Below are positions 12,988-24,706 of a stretch of 64,000 bases of DNA, in pieces. Each line of letters begins with the position of its first letter. Position 1 is the first letter of the stretch. The position numbers were made by a program, and so were the translations under genes. Origin of the DNA: a virus; the IMG/VR virus record IMGVR_UViG_3300021387_000118, positions 77,168 to 141,167 of that record; one strand, written 5' to 3'. Under the pieces are notes generated by a model, which made no database searches, was not told the origin of the DNA, and was given only the letters and a program-made list of their open reading frames with translations.

Positions 12988-13912
12988 TTAAGCTATAATT
13001 ATTTTCAAGTTTACATTTTCTAATTGTATCAAATATCCATGGTGGATCTATTTCGAAAGATATGTCTCCAGGATGAAGAATATTGCCAGACAAATATGAA
13101 TCTATACTAAATGGTATATCTATACCTAAAGATTTTCTTTTACTATTAATATATTCTTCTAACTGTTCTGGAGTGTTATTATGTGTTCCATAAAGATTAT
13201 GAAAAGAGCCAATACATTTTATGTGATGGCAATTAGAACATAATAGTATTCCATTTAATATATCATATTTAATATCTTCATGCTCCGCAAAGTTATTAAT
13301 ATGATGGGCGTTCTTTTCGATATTTGAATATTCTCCACAGCATTGACAAGTATACCAATCCTTAGCATAAATAGCATCTCTCCATTTATTATAATTATCA
13401 GACATACGATCCGATATTAACTTTGGAGTAATTCCACCTTTCCAGTTAGAATTATTATTCCCAGATCTATGAACTTTTCTATCTCCGCATGTGACTTGTT
13501 TCCCATCTTTTAGGGACCCAGCAAATACAGAAACTTCGTTTCCACATGAACACAAACATTTCCAATATGTTCCATTTCCGTTATGGTTGTTGGTTGCATC
13601 AAAATCTGGACCAATAACTGTTAATTCTCCATAAACATTACCAGTAATATCTTTCATAATTGGATATTCTTTCATACATTCAACACATCTAAAATTGCGT
13701 TGATCCGCATTTTTATTAGTAATAACATATACAAGTCTTTTAGAACTTTTATGAATATTATTAGGACATTTAAAATACACTGGTTTTGCTGAGGCATATG
13801 TAATATCATTTGGTCCAAATCCAGTCATATCATAATCCCATCTATCTAATAAATCATATCGATTATTATCAATGCACCATTGATAAAAAGTATATTTTTG
13901 TTTTTTAGCCAT
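12977..13912 (-). CDS. HNH homing endonuclease
   Basis: HHINNF...LLCSNCHH HNH motif with multiple Cys/His zinc knuckles. Lies just downstream of group I core R1. Confidence 0.7.
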   Translation of the reverse strand: MAKKQKYTFYQWCIDNNRYDLLDRWDYDMTGFGPNDITYASAKPVYFKCPNNIHKSSKRLVYVITNKNADQRNFRCVECMKEYPIMKDITGNVYGELTVIGPDFDATNNHNGNGTYWKCLCSCGNEVSVFAGSLKDGKQVTCGDRKVHRSGNNNSNWKGGITPKLISDRMSDNYNKWRDAIYAKDWYTCQCCGEYSNIEKNAHHINNFAEHEDIKYDILNGILLCSNCHHIKCIGSFHNLYGTHNNTPEQLEEYINSKRKSLGIDIPFSIDSYLSGNILHPGDISFEIDPPWIFDTIRKCKLENNYSLIAI

Positions 13913-14149
13913 AATTCATTTCTCCTTTAATGAAATCTCCTAAAAATTAGATAAAAGAGAGGGTAGGAGTTCCCTCTCTTATCGATCTGGATCGCGACTT
14001 CCAAATCTATTTATTCTGGATCGTGCCTAATAGAAAGTATCTATCAGGCACGACTATATTATAGTTTAATAAATGATATTTATCAAGCTATAGAAGTTCC
14101 ACTAACCACGAGATCTTCATCTGGATAGTAGATGTAATAGAGGCTAGAC

Positions 14150-14535
14150 GTACCAGCACAATACCAAATGTTCACATGAGGTCGTTAATCTCATGCGGTT
14201 CTCTAATGAACTCCTTATTATTTCTAATAAGAGCAGACTATATCTTTCTCCAAAAATGGAGTTACCCACTTCGATACACTTGTATCTACTTCCTTACGGA
14301 ATAGTCGTTGAGGTTTATCCTATTCGGATCTTACCTGCTGATTACCCATTTATATTAATGTTTAGGATTTAACCATGCATCATCTTATAATTTTTTTCTG
14401 TTTTCACAACATTCACGTTTAGACATGTTTCATTCTTCCGTTGTAGTATTATAAGCTTTAGGGGGTTCCAGCATTTCAAGTAACACGCTGTATATAAATA
14501 CAATATGCACATTACTGTACATACGGACCATTGTG
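14150..14535 (-). ncRNA. group I intron ribozyme core (R1)
   Basis: On the minus strand the R element UCAACGACUAU (plus 14291..14301) precedes the S element AAGAUAUAGUCU (plus 14235..14246), with P7 pairing GACUAU/AUAGUC. Starts at the TAA of the upstream structural ORF. Confidence 0.6.
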
Positions 14536-15126
14536 TTAATCCACGTTAAGATTTCCGCTGAAATCAATTTCCTGAGTCTCTGCATCGAGAGAGATCGTCA
14601 TGGAAGGATCAGCTGCAAATCTCGGAATTACAACATAGCAAGGACGAAGAGAATCCTCACAGGGATCGCCCATTGCACAGAACAGAGTAAGCTTAACAAG
14701 ATCAGAACTTACAGCTGTCGTATTCTGGAGCATAGCACCAGAAGTAACATTTCTTTCCCACTTTACAAGATACTGAGTGGGAGCATTTGTATCACCTTCT
14801 GCCCTGGGAGGAAGAGTGATCTTAGTATTAGAACCAGTACCAGAAATCTTATCCTCAACAACACTAACATCAAGAGCAACATCATTTGCTCCATTGCCGA
14901 ACAAACCGATTACACGAACAGAACCATGGGTGTATTCTGCAATGTTAACTTCCGAACCAGCGGGAGCAACAACAATCTTAGGCATAATGATAGACTGTCC
15001 GCTACCAGCACCAGCATACTGAATAGCATGACCGGACTGAGCATTAATAGCCGCCGGATGAAGCAGTGCGTTCGTAGCGGTAAAGGTACCAGTCTTAGAA
15101 CGATAAGTTGTACGGATAATATTCAA
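14536..15126 (-). CDS. structural protein, probable 5' exon ahead of intron R1
   Basis: 196-aa ORF. The terminal TAA sits at the intron boundary. A stop-rich 230-nt gap separates it from a small upstream ORF. Confidence 0.45.
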   Translation of the reverse strand: MNIIRTTYRSKTGTFTATNALLHPAAINAQSGHAIQYAGAGSGQSIIMPKIVVAPAGSEVNIAEYTHGSVRVIGLFGNGANDVALDVSVVEDKISGTGSNTKITLPPRAEGDTNAPTQYLVKWERNVTSGAMLQNTTAVSSDLVKLTLFCAMGDPCEDSLRPCYVVIPRFAADPSMTISLDAETQEIDFSGNLNVD

Positions 15127-15359
15127 TATGTGTTATCACATAAACTTTTTATTTTATGTTTCTTGTGATTCTTTTTCTCACAAGTTCAGCATATATTTTC
15201 TTCTTGAGGAGGATATACAAGAAGTCGGACACTCGTGGAGATATTATTTCAATCTCTATGCGTTACACTATATGAACAGTTCGGTATTCACAATCACAGT
15301 GTTTACCGATTTTGCCCGATTATCATTTATACATCACTATATAAAGGAGCAATATTAAT

Positions 15360-15510
15360 TACCCTTCTTATCCGTAATATCAGTGGAATCAGCACTGATT
15401 TCGATCTGAGCAGAACTCAGCTAATCAAGAGCGTACTCGATATTGCCGTTCTTCTCAGCTACACCATAAAGAATTTCATCAATATAATGATTACCAAGTT
15501 TAAAAGCCAT
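15360..15510 (-). CDS. small ORF (MAFKLGNHYIDE...), possibly the N-terminal part of the same structural gene
   Basis: ATG at 15510 with AGGAGG as SD. End approximate. Confidence 0.3.
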
Positions 15511-15773
15511 AGTATTTTCCTCCTTACATTATTAAAAAGAGCCAGTTTTCGCTGGCCCAATATCAATACGAATAATTTTTGTCCGTTAGCGACTATGTCA
15601 AACCATAGCCGGATATATCAGCCTTGATCCTTAAGATTCTTGGCTTTGGAGACACTGTTATTAGTATCTCTTACAATTTCTCTCATAAAATTATATTCTT
15701 CTGGTTTGATATCTTTTGCGGATATAAACCCAGAATACATACCCTTCATTAGAGCAGTAGCCTATTCATATAT

Positions 15774-16229
15774 CTATAATCTGCTTACAGAATCATAAAA
15801 TTCCATTACTCCAACTTCGTTTAATTCACTTAACTTATACTTAAATCCAGGATGATTAACACAAGCTGATATAAGAGGTTGAATGGAAAAAGATTTATGT
15901 TTTCCCTTCTCAGCCTCTTTCTTTGCCCTTTCGGCAGCTCGTCTATCTTTCGATATATACCAGCTTTTCAAATTGTTATCATGAGTTATTTTTTCTTCAG
16001 GAAACATATTAAAAACAGCGCGAAGATATTGAGAAAAATGATTATGTACATCTGCATTAATCTCAACCTGGTCCTCGTTATTCCACATGACAATTTCTCC
16101 GATTTGGTCTTCGTCATCGGACTGGGGTTGCTGTTGTTTTACCATTACTTCAAATTTCTGCAAATCTAAATCGCCAAAAATTAGTTTGCATACTTCTGGA
16201 TCTATTTGTTTGTATAACATCGTAAACAA
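15774..16229 (-). CDS. hypothetical late protein (fragment of a longer TAG-containing gene)
   Basis: ORF-track fragment only. Upstream extent not resolved. Confidence 0.3.
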   Translation of the reverse strand: MFTMLYKQIDPEVCKLIFGDLDLQKFEVMVKQQQPQSDDEDQIGEIVMWNNEDQVEINADVHNHFSQYLRAVFNMFPEEKITHDNNLKSWYISKDRRAAERAKKEAEKGKHKSFSIQPLISACVNHPGFKYKLSELNEVGVMEFYDSVSRL

Positions 16230-16286
16230 CTAAAAGTCAGAAATTTCATTCCAATCAATATTAAATTCCCATAGCATTAGCCTATA

Positions 16287-16619
16287 CTATGTAGTATTTC
16301 CAATAATAATATTTAATGACTGATAAAATTTTTCTTCACCTACATCTACAATATCTCCTATGGTAGGAGAGTAGATAGTAACACTTCCAACGGTATTTTC
16401 TAAGTCTATGACATATGGTCGCCCAAAATACATTTTGAGCATATCAAATTCAACTTTTGGATTACGTGGCATTAATTGACCTCGGAATAATCTAAGCTGT
16501 ACCATTTCGTGTTTTCGCAAGGTTATTATCAGTAAGCTATTCAAATATAATTGTTCTAGTAGCATAATCATTATCTGTAATACTAGGGATGTCAGATACG
16601 CAATGAATCTAACCGCCAA
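16287..16619 (-). CDS. hypothetical late protein (fragment)
   Basis: ORF-track fragment. Confidence 0.3.
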   Translation of the reverse strand: MAVRFIAYLTSLVLQIMIMLLEQLYLNSLLIITLRKHEMVQLRLFRGQLMPRNPKVEFDMLKMYFGRPYVIDLENTVGSVTIYSPTIGDIVDVGEEKFYQSLNIIIGNTT

Positions 16620-17046
16620 ATAAATTACTCCAATTAAACATATCCAGTATTAATGCACCAAGCAAATCATGCCTTGCGATCCCAGTATGTTTTTCAATAT
16701 TATTCTTCTCCTCACATAAAATATAAAACGTGATCTGCAATAATTTCATTTTGGAGTTGTAACGTTCAAGTTCTCTAAATCCTACTTCGTAACAAATAAA
16801 ATTCTAAACATTATGTTGTGTTGGATGAATTTGGTAAGCCGGAAGCAAGTTAATGCCAAGATAGTCGCTCGGATCTGCCTCAACATCCTATAGCTCCTTA
16901 TTATTTAATAGATATATAATTAGTTCGTTTTCTATGAGTTTTTTTTTAATAATTTCCTTGATTCGAATATCATCAGAATCAACAGTATTTTTAAGATTAA
17001 GGAGAGTTTTAAGTTGTTCATCATTCAATTCCATATTATCCCTCCT

Positions 17047-17619
17047 TATAATGGCAATAGTTCAACGTCAAGAGTTGAAGTAATATCACCAGATGTGTTT
17101 TTAATTGTCAGTATTTTACCTATGTATGTATCATCGCCAAGAAATTTAACTTTAACTCTATTTCCTGTATACGTCAAAGTTAACAAGTCAATTGGAATAT
17201 CTTCACCATCTATGAAAAATTCCCAAGTTCCGACTGGATGATCTTCGATTATTTCATTTTCATAATCGTAATAATTAATAGTAAATGTTTTTGCCGACCC
17301 GCCAATTCTAATTTGACTACGACCTGAACACGTAATCTTTGATGTGATAGAAGAGTAGGCATCATTATCTTCAATAACTTGAATAGGATCAATGTTACTA
17401 GAATAGTAGTTTGCCCATTTGCCTATTACATTTCCGTCGTCATCTCTTTCTATATAATCGTTATGTTGATCAAATACGTCCTAAGTTAAAGTAACCCTAC
17501 AAATTCCATTTGGAGAAATACGATTAACTTTTGATATGAGCCACGCACGAGGCTCTGTTTCAACATTTGCATCAATGATCATACGAATATTATAAAATAA
17601 TGTTTCGGTATCTCTAGTC
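17047..17619 (-). CDS. late structural hypothetical protein (191 codons, one TAG)
   Basis: Translated by hand. ATG at 17619, TAA at 17047, one in-frame TAG. Confidence 0.45.
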
Positions 17620-17989
17620 ATTGGCACAGCAAATTTTTGCTAGTCTTCGACCGTCTATATTTTATAATCTAACCAGATTCCAGAATTGTTCTCGATGTTA
17701 CTTTATCAGTTCGTTACTCTGACAAAGGAATAACTATATCATTATAATTTACTTTATACTTTTCATATTTTCTTTTTAAATACATATCTGCGTCCGTGTA
17801 AAGCCAATCTAAAAATTTCTTCACTTGTTTTGTTCCGCTAAAAGACAACACTTTTGTAACACCATTATGACATGAAGCATCATAAATATTTCCACACGGA
17901 ATATTTAATTCATTTCTCAAATATTCCTATAAATCTCTACAAAAAGACTCTGTAGATGTAAATGTAATTAATGGTTGAAATTTTCCGCT

Positions 17990-18655
17990 CTATGTATAAT
18001 GTGGACAAAATGAACCGTCGCCATCAAAATAGCCAAGGACAAAAAATTTTAATAACTTGTCTGGAACACAAGTTGGAAATTCCAAAATCAAACTTTTATT
18101 TTTTACCACTCCATTTTCAGACAACTTGTCACTAATATGTTTGCTAAATATGCTCAACCTATATTGATTAGAATAATTATAACCAAAATCATGTTTATTG
18201 CTATAATCTATATATTCTAACGGTCTTTCATACTTTAATTCTTCTCGCATACGTTCTAATATATATTTATCTTGTTCTTCTAAAGATATAGTAACGGTTT
18301 GCTTTGGCGTATAATTAGACCCATCAGCATAAAGAAATCCCAATATATAAGCCTTGTTTGGTGTATCAATAACGTCAAAATAATTTTCATCTAATGAATA
18401 TTTTCTTTGCCCATTGCCAACTCTCTTAACACCATATTGATCCAGTACTTTAGCAATAACTTTATGCCCAACATTATATTGTTTACCAATATAAACTGTA
18501 GACTTTCCATTTTTATACATATCCACAATATCTTGTTTTTGTTCGTCTGAAAAATCTTTATATGTAAATATTTTACTCATATTATTCCTCCTAAAAATAA
18601 TTTGATATATAAAAACAGTAATCTTTGTATTAGGAGTACAAAGAAAGGAGGCCAA
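17990..18655 (-). CDS. LAGLIDADG homing endonuclease (double motif)
   Basis: Two motifs: LGFLYADGS and LGYFDGDGS. An N-terminal HTH. Immediately downstream of intron core R2. Confidence 0.75.
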   Translation of the reverse strand: MASFLCTPNTKITVFIYQIIFRRNNMSKIFTYKDFSDEQKQDIVDMYKNGKSTVYIGKQYNVGHKVIAKVLDQYGVKRVGNGQRKYSLDENYFDVIDTPNKAYILGFLYADGSNYTPKQTVTISLEEQDKYILERMREELKYERPLEYIDYSNKHDFGYNYSNQYRLSIFSKHISDKLSENGVVKNKSLILEFPTCVPDKLLKFFVLGYFDGDGSFCPHYT

Positions 18656-18661
18656 TCCCTG

Positions 18662-19009
18662 TCCTGTTTTTTACATTTTAATAGTTATTCTTTCTTATAT
18701 TTTCATACAAGAGCAGATCATATCAATACCATATCTTACGACTTAGGTAGTTCCCGTTACCTCACTTGAGGACATGATCGTTGAACTTTACCCTATTCGG
18801 GTCTTAGCTGCGAATTATCCAATCCAATAATTTTTTGACATTCACGCATAGTTATATTTCATACTTACGTTGTAGTATATTGGCTCTAAGGAACTCCTCG
18901 CAATTAGAGAACTTTCGACATTAACTTTCATTAATGAAGCGCACAAATTTTACGAATTCTGGCTTCTTAGTACAGCTGGACACTAATATTTACGTCCGTT
19001 AAAAATCCA
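18662..19009 (-). ncRNA. group I intron ribozyme core (R2)
   Basis: R element CAACGAUCAUG (plus 18772..18786) and S element GAUAUGAUCUGCUC (plus 18715..18724). P7 is GAUCAU/AUGAUC, covarying relative to R1. Shares 5' motifs with R1 and R3. Confidence 0.55.
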
Positions 19010-19502
19010 CTACATAAGATAATCGCATCTTAATATTTCAAATGTAGGAAATTGATTACCATTATAATTTGCCTTATCAACAACAAGCCATTTGTTGTAA
19101 GTACCATCTTCATGCATTATATCCACATAACATCCAATTGGGAAAATTGTGTCATACCGATTTCCCAATACTTCTTCGTAATATTCTAGATTACATTCTT
19201 GTCCAGGCTGCATTTGCAACCAAAATGTTACCTAATCTTTATCATATGTCTGTTTGGCATGACGAATAAATTTGATATTCAACGCTGTTTTCTCCATATC
19301 ATCTTCTGGATGTAAGTTATTCAACTTAAGAGCCTCATAAGATTTTTGGTCGTGATAGTAATCATAAATATAGCATATCTATGATTGGATATCCTGATCC
19401 CAAGTACCGATCATAATTTGATCGCTTTGTTTTTTTCTAGCCCTACCAGGAGTATGAGATGACCCATGGATACTCTGAAAATTTTTAAAAGTGATTGCCA
19501 TA
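19010..19502 (-). CDS. late hypothetical protein, candidate host gene of intron R2 (two TAG)
   Basis: ATG near 19502. ORF 19010..19219 shares the frame. The terminal codon is TAG. Confidence 0.35.
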
Positions 19503-19948
19503 TCAATCACCTTCCTTTATTTTCATAATTTCAGATCCAGCATCTAATATCAGTTTTCTATAATTAGACCAGTTAAAACATTCGCTATTATACTCAATTA
19601 GTGCAGCCTATAATAAACTCATTGTTTCCACAAGTTCTGGCGGCTCAAGTAAAATACTGTTTAGACCGTTAAGCCTATTTTGTAAATCACGGAATGCTTC
19701 CGCGACATTAATATCTGGATAGTTAGATTTTGTATTTCTATCTACATATAGTAATAAGAAAAAAATAGACTTTCTTAAAGAAGCCTTAGTTTGATGGATT
19801 TGTTTAGAAGAATAAGAACCGTAGAGTGTTTTCATGAAGTTTCCACCCCGTTTATAACACTAAGAGAGTACGCACGATCTCTAATAAGTTTTCGAAGATC
19901 AGTTTGGGACTTAGTATATAAATCTTTCATTTCAGCTAAGTGTTGAGC

Positions 19949-20299
19949 CTAGCTAAAAAACTTTTGTTCGCTATTTGACAATAGTTGACTTGTCAAAAGC
20001 GTAGAGTGGTAACGTGGAGATGCCCATTCACTTACCATTCCCAATCCCAAAACTTCCTCTACAAAATCCTTATCAGAATCTTCATCTAAAGCGTCTCTTA
20101 ATTCATATTCAACTTCTTCCATATCATCATCCATCACTACAGATAAAAACAGTCTACGTACCATTGGTTTAGATAACGTAGACCGCAGATATCCATTCAG
20201 CACTTCTTTTACCAATTTTTCACTTAATCCAGACATTTCATAATCTTTAACTCGTAAATAAAACCGAGAATAGATTTCATCGTATTCCGAGGCTGCCAT
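19949..20299 (-). CDS. hypothetical protein
   Basis: 116-aa ORF. Confidence 0.35.
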   Translation of the reverse strand: MAASEYDEIYSRFYLRVKDYEMSGLSEKLVKEVLNGYLRSTLSKPMVRRLFLSVVMDDDMEEVEYELRDALDEDSDKDFVEEVLGLGMVSEWASPRYHSTLLTSQLLSNSEQKFFS

Positions 20300-20465
20300 A
20301 ATTCAACCCCCTTTAATCAGCGATAACACTTCTAAAATCTGTCCCATAAACATCATCGATGATTTTAATTTTCTTCAGAGAATCAAATGTGCCATCTTCA
20401 ATCTTTTCTGCAACATGAACCTGTAAAGACTTAGCAAGTCCTTTTGGGAGTTGTTCAAGAGCAGA

Positions 20466-20885
20466 CTAGAAAACATTAACCGGAAGATTAAGAATTTCAT
20501 CCAAATCTTTTACAGAGTAAACCTCTTCCTCATAGAACTTAGCCACATCAGCCCAGCGAGGATTTTCCAGCAGTTCCTCATCTTCAATGATAAAATGAGG
20601 GGCATAAATATAATTGGATCTTCTACTCTTTAAAGCAAATAGGTCTTGATATTCAATTTCACATTCATCTCCGAAATTTTCAAAAACATAATACTGCCCA
20701 GATTTACCAGCACAACCAAGCCATCCAGTAGTTACAGAACGACAAAGAATAAGATCATTTTGATTAAACTGTCTAGGCTCTTTCTTTTTCGGTTCCTTAA
20801 CAGTTGGTTCTTCGGCAACATTTGTAACCTTCTCAGTTGTTTCTGGCACAGTTTTAGCTATTTTTCTTTTTGCAGTTGTAGCCAT
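20466..20885 (-). CDS. head-module hypothetical protein (ends in TAG, probably longer)
   Basis: 139-aa ORF directly downstream of the MCP gene. Confidence 0.35.
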   Translation of the reverse strand: MATTAKRKIAKTVPETTEKVTNVAEEPTVKEPKKKEPRQFNQNDLILCRSVTTGWLGCAGKSGQYYVFENFGDECEIEYQDLFALKSRRSNYIYAPHFIIEDEELLENPRWADVAKFYEEEVYSVKDLDEILNLPVNVF

Positions 20886-20911
20886 ATCCTTTTAGTCCTT
20901 TCAAATAATTA

Positions 20912-22030
20912 TTACTGAGTGATAACCCAGGTACCAAAATATCTGCCAATAAGCGTAGAAACACCAAGCTTAGTAAGATACTTAACCTCATAGGTCATAT
21001 CCTGGTTAACGGTATTATCAGTAACTTCTTTGATCATAGCATCTCCCTCATAAACGAGTTTGACAAATCTGTTATCAGCAACAGGCATGATCAGAAGGAA
21101 GTCAAGATTATTCTGACCATACTTAACAAGCTTCGTAGTAGTATCATTCTTTGCAAATACTTGCGGAATCTCTACAACACGAGTTCCTTCAAATACGCCA
21201 ACATGACCAAGGTTTCTATGGTCGGTTCTGTCTTCCTTAGCAATCCAATTTACATCAGCCAGATTCTTCAGCTTGGAAAGAGCAGACTTCGTTCCCATAA
21301 TAACAACTTCAGTGCCACGGTTTGCAGCCTGAACATCCTCTACCATAGTTACAAAAGTATCATGAGCAGCAGCATCAAGAGCAGCAGTCTTATAGAACTG
21401 ATTAGAGCCAGGAAGAACCTTCTGACCAGCTTCCATAACGGCCTTGAATACAACCTCATCAACATACTTATCCATTGCTTCATAGATCGCATTTACAAGA
21501 CGAGTCCAGTCAGCACGACCAGTCATAACACGCTCAAATTCCTCGTACACTCCAAGACCAACCCAATATGTCGGAACACGGAAAGTCTCGCCAATTCCAA
21601 GGCGCTGTCTGTCAATATCCCAGTGATCGCCACTGAGCTTACCGACCGTCAGAACTGTTTCGTCTGCCGTCTCAAATTCGTTGGTATCACCAAGAGCAAG
21701 ATTCTTAACTTCTACAAAGTCGCGGAAGAACTCATTATCAGTCCAACCAGAAGTAAGCATATTATCAACTGTATCCTCGATAACCTCGAAGATCTCATTT
21801 TTATGACGATTGATTGCTCTACGAATTTCCTTCTTAGAAGCAGTCTCATCAATACCCATAATCAGGCGGAATTTCTCCTTGATCATAGCGTCAGCATCAG
21901 CCTTGGTAATACCAGACTGGAAAACTCCTCTGTTGTAATCAGCAAGAAGCTGAGAGAAGTTCATATAGGTAGACTCATCATTATCAAATGCGGCCTAAGT
22001 AGTAGCAGCAAAATTCATAAATTTACTCAT
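20912..22030 (-). CDS. major capsid protein (HK97-like), one in-frame TAG
   Basis: 373 codons in frame. ATG at 22030 with AAAGGAGGG as SD. TAG at codon 12. Capsid-like composition. Confidence 0.7.
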
Positions 22031-22048
22031 ATCATTTCCCTCCTTTCA

Positions 22049-22579
22049 TTAACCATTCTTGCGTACAAAAATCTTATAGAATTTTCCATTAGTACGAGTA
22101 ATTACATCAACAATTTCACCATAGAAAGCAACGGAAGCAGCTGGCTTTGCAGCCTATGCTTTCAGATCATAACCATCAGCAACAATATACTGACCCTTTG
22201 CAAGAGGAGTACTTGTGCCAATAGCGGTAATACCATTTTCAGATACAGTGAACTTGTCACCAACAAGAAGATCATAAACTCTCATGATCTCATCTTTGCC
22301 ATTGTAGAAATTGTGTTCATATGTAGCCGCCTTGGGTCTTTCATCAGGACCAATCGGTACACTTAAAATAAGACCAACTCTAGAAGTAGAAGTTGGCTGA
22401 ACCATCGTGAAATATTCGTTGTCAACCCAAGCCATATCATCAAGGTTAACAAGTTTGCCGTTGTCGATATCAGCGCCAGCACGCACGTTAAATATATGCT
22501 TTGCATCATATGTAGCCTAGAGATTGGTACTCTCAGCCACAACATGCTTATTAACAGCCTGTAAAAATGCATTAATCAT
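22049..22579 (-). CDS. head auxiliary/decoration-like protein (177 codons, two TAG)
   Basis: ATG at 22579 and TAA at 22049 in one frame through two TAGs. Confidence 0.45.
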
Positions 22580-22627
22580 AGCTATTCATTTCTCCTTTCC
22601 TTAATAAATAAATATTATTGTTTAATA

Positions 22628-24478
22628 TTATTTCTTTTTAAAATTTTTAAAAAGTCCACCATAAGGAGACTTTTCTTCTTCATTATTATTGCCAGTTGTC
22701 ATAAACACCATACCGCGTTTCTTCTCGTGTTTACCAGAGAAAGTACTGTAGTTGGATTTCATAAACTTGGCATAAACAAGATCAGCTTTATTAGTGAGAT
22801 CCTCAACGGAATACTCATCCATATGATCTTTGAGTTCCTTGAACTCTTCAAAATCTGCCATTACGGAATAATCCTCCGCAGTAAGAACTGCTTCACGAGC
22901 GGAATGGAGTTCTTTGGCTTTATAAGAATTAAGTTCGGTTTCGATAGAAGAGTAGTCTGACTTCATCTTATCAAGTTTTGCAATCTCGTCCGCCGTTAAA
23001 TACTGAGCATATACTTGAACTCTGTCGCCTTTAAGAGAGTACACATCTTTCTTCACAGAGTATTCTTGGCGATAATGTCTATCACCCCAGAAATCATGCA
23101 TCACGCAATAGCGACCATCATCCTCAAAAACATCGCAATAATACCAAGTATTATCAGACTCCGAATATGTATCATTAACGAGAGTTGTTACGGCATTAAT
23201 CTTATCTGCAAGAGATACTGCAAAATCTTTCTTGACTCCGTCAATAGTAACAGAATAATTAAGACTATTCTCAACTCTTGTACCAGTAGAATCTTCATCC
23301 TCAATAGCAGAAACAGTCTGATGTTCTTCTTCGTCTTCAGACTCATCATCAGCAATATCACCAGCGGTAGAACCGTTGTTAGCAGAACTATCACCTGTGT
23401 TATCATCAGCCGGATCTTCATCAGCAAAATCATCAACCACTTCAGGAGTTTCTGCGGTTTCTTCAGTCACTTCCTTTTCAGAAGCTTCCGTTTCAACTAC
23501 GGGATTTTCCTCTTCTGCAGAACTTTCATTTTCCTTGGAAGAAGAATCTTCGGAGTCATTGGCAGTTTCAAACGCATTAGCAAAAGCAGTTTCAAGTTCC
23601 TCATCACTCATGTTAGAATAATCAAAAGTAACATCATCAACTGTTTTATTATACTTCGCCAGAAGTTCATTAAACTTGTCCATTTCTTTCGGTTTACCTC
23701 CTTCCTTAGAATTTTCGGCAAAAGCCTCTATATAATCAAGCTTCGACATTATCTCAGCAATGATTTCTTCTTTTAACTGTGCTTTATTAATAATAGAATT
23801 ATTATCAGCACTAAAATCTTCAATTTGCAAATATGCGCCTTGCATCCCTTCTTGGACTTCTTCGCCAGTATCTGGATCGGTTCCAAGTAAAGTCACGCCC
23901 ATTACATCAACATCTTCTAAAAGAAGACCATCTTCAACTGAGTAACTCATCTCATTGATGCATAATTCGGCGGAAACTTTTGTTCCACCTTTTCTTTCAA
24001 TAATTTCAGCAGCATCAGTATATTCTCTGGGAATTGCAATCTTTGCATAAATATACTAACGATCTTCATGATCTGGATCTTGTTTCATATATGGTTTGTC
24101 AGAGGTGAAACATCCAACTTGTTTCTCAATATATGTCCTAGATCCATCTTCATTAAATTCTATGGCATGATAAGTAAAATCTCTTTCGCCATTCACCTCA
24201 GTAAAATCAGCGAGAACAGGCTTGTAAGCAATCTTAGAAAGACAACTCTTTGCGCCCTTCTCAGTGAGATTAGATTTGTTACGATTACGACCCGTATGCA
24301 TCAGTTTAATATTTCCATAAAATGTTAATGGATCTTCGTCATCAGTGGCTTCAAAATTTTCGCAAGGTATTTGCACATGAATACTATACCCAGAAGTCTT
24401 AGAATTAAACTATGTAAAATTCTAATCTTGACAGAATCTAACAAGATCGTCAATAGTTAATATTTTTGACCTACGCAT
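22628..24478 (-). CDS. scaffold-like acidic protein (617 codons, at least 4 in-frame TAG)
   Basis: ATG at 24478 with AGGAGGTG as SD. ORFs 24056..24376 and 22628..23950 share its frame. Long D/E-rich segment. Confidence 0.5.
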
Positions 24479-24505
24479 ATTTCACCTCCTTATTAATTAC
24501 ATATT

Positions 24506-24688
24506 TTAAAACGTCAAGACATCAGTATAATTCATCTTCATATCTTGAGATGAAAACTGAATTTTATTTGGTTCATTTATAAAAACATATTTGTTGCCAG
24601 ATTTTGGCAGTTCTTGAAAACCAGCATGGCGCAAAATTTCTGCGGTAACTGGATCAGTTGTATTAATAAATTGATTTTTTTGTTTCAT
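24506..24688 (-). CDS. small hypothetical protein
   Basis: 60-aa ORF. Confidence 0.3.
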   Translation of the reverse strand: MKQKNQFINTTDPVTAEILRHAGFQELPKSGNKYVFINEPNKIQFSSQDMKMNYTDVLTF

Positions 24689-24706
24689 ATATATATCACC
24701 TACTTG

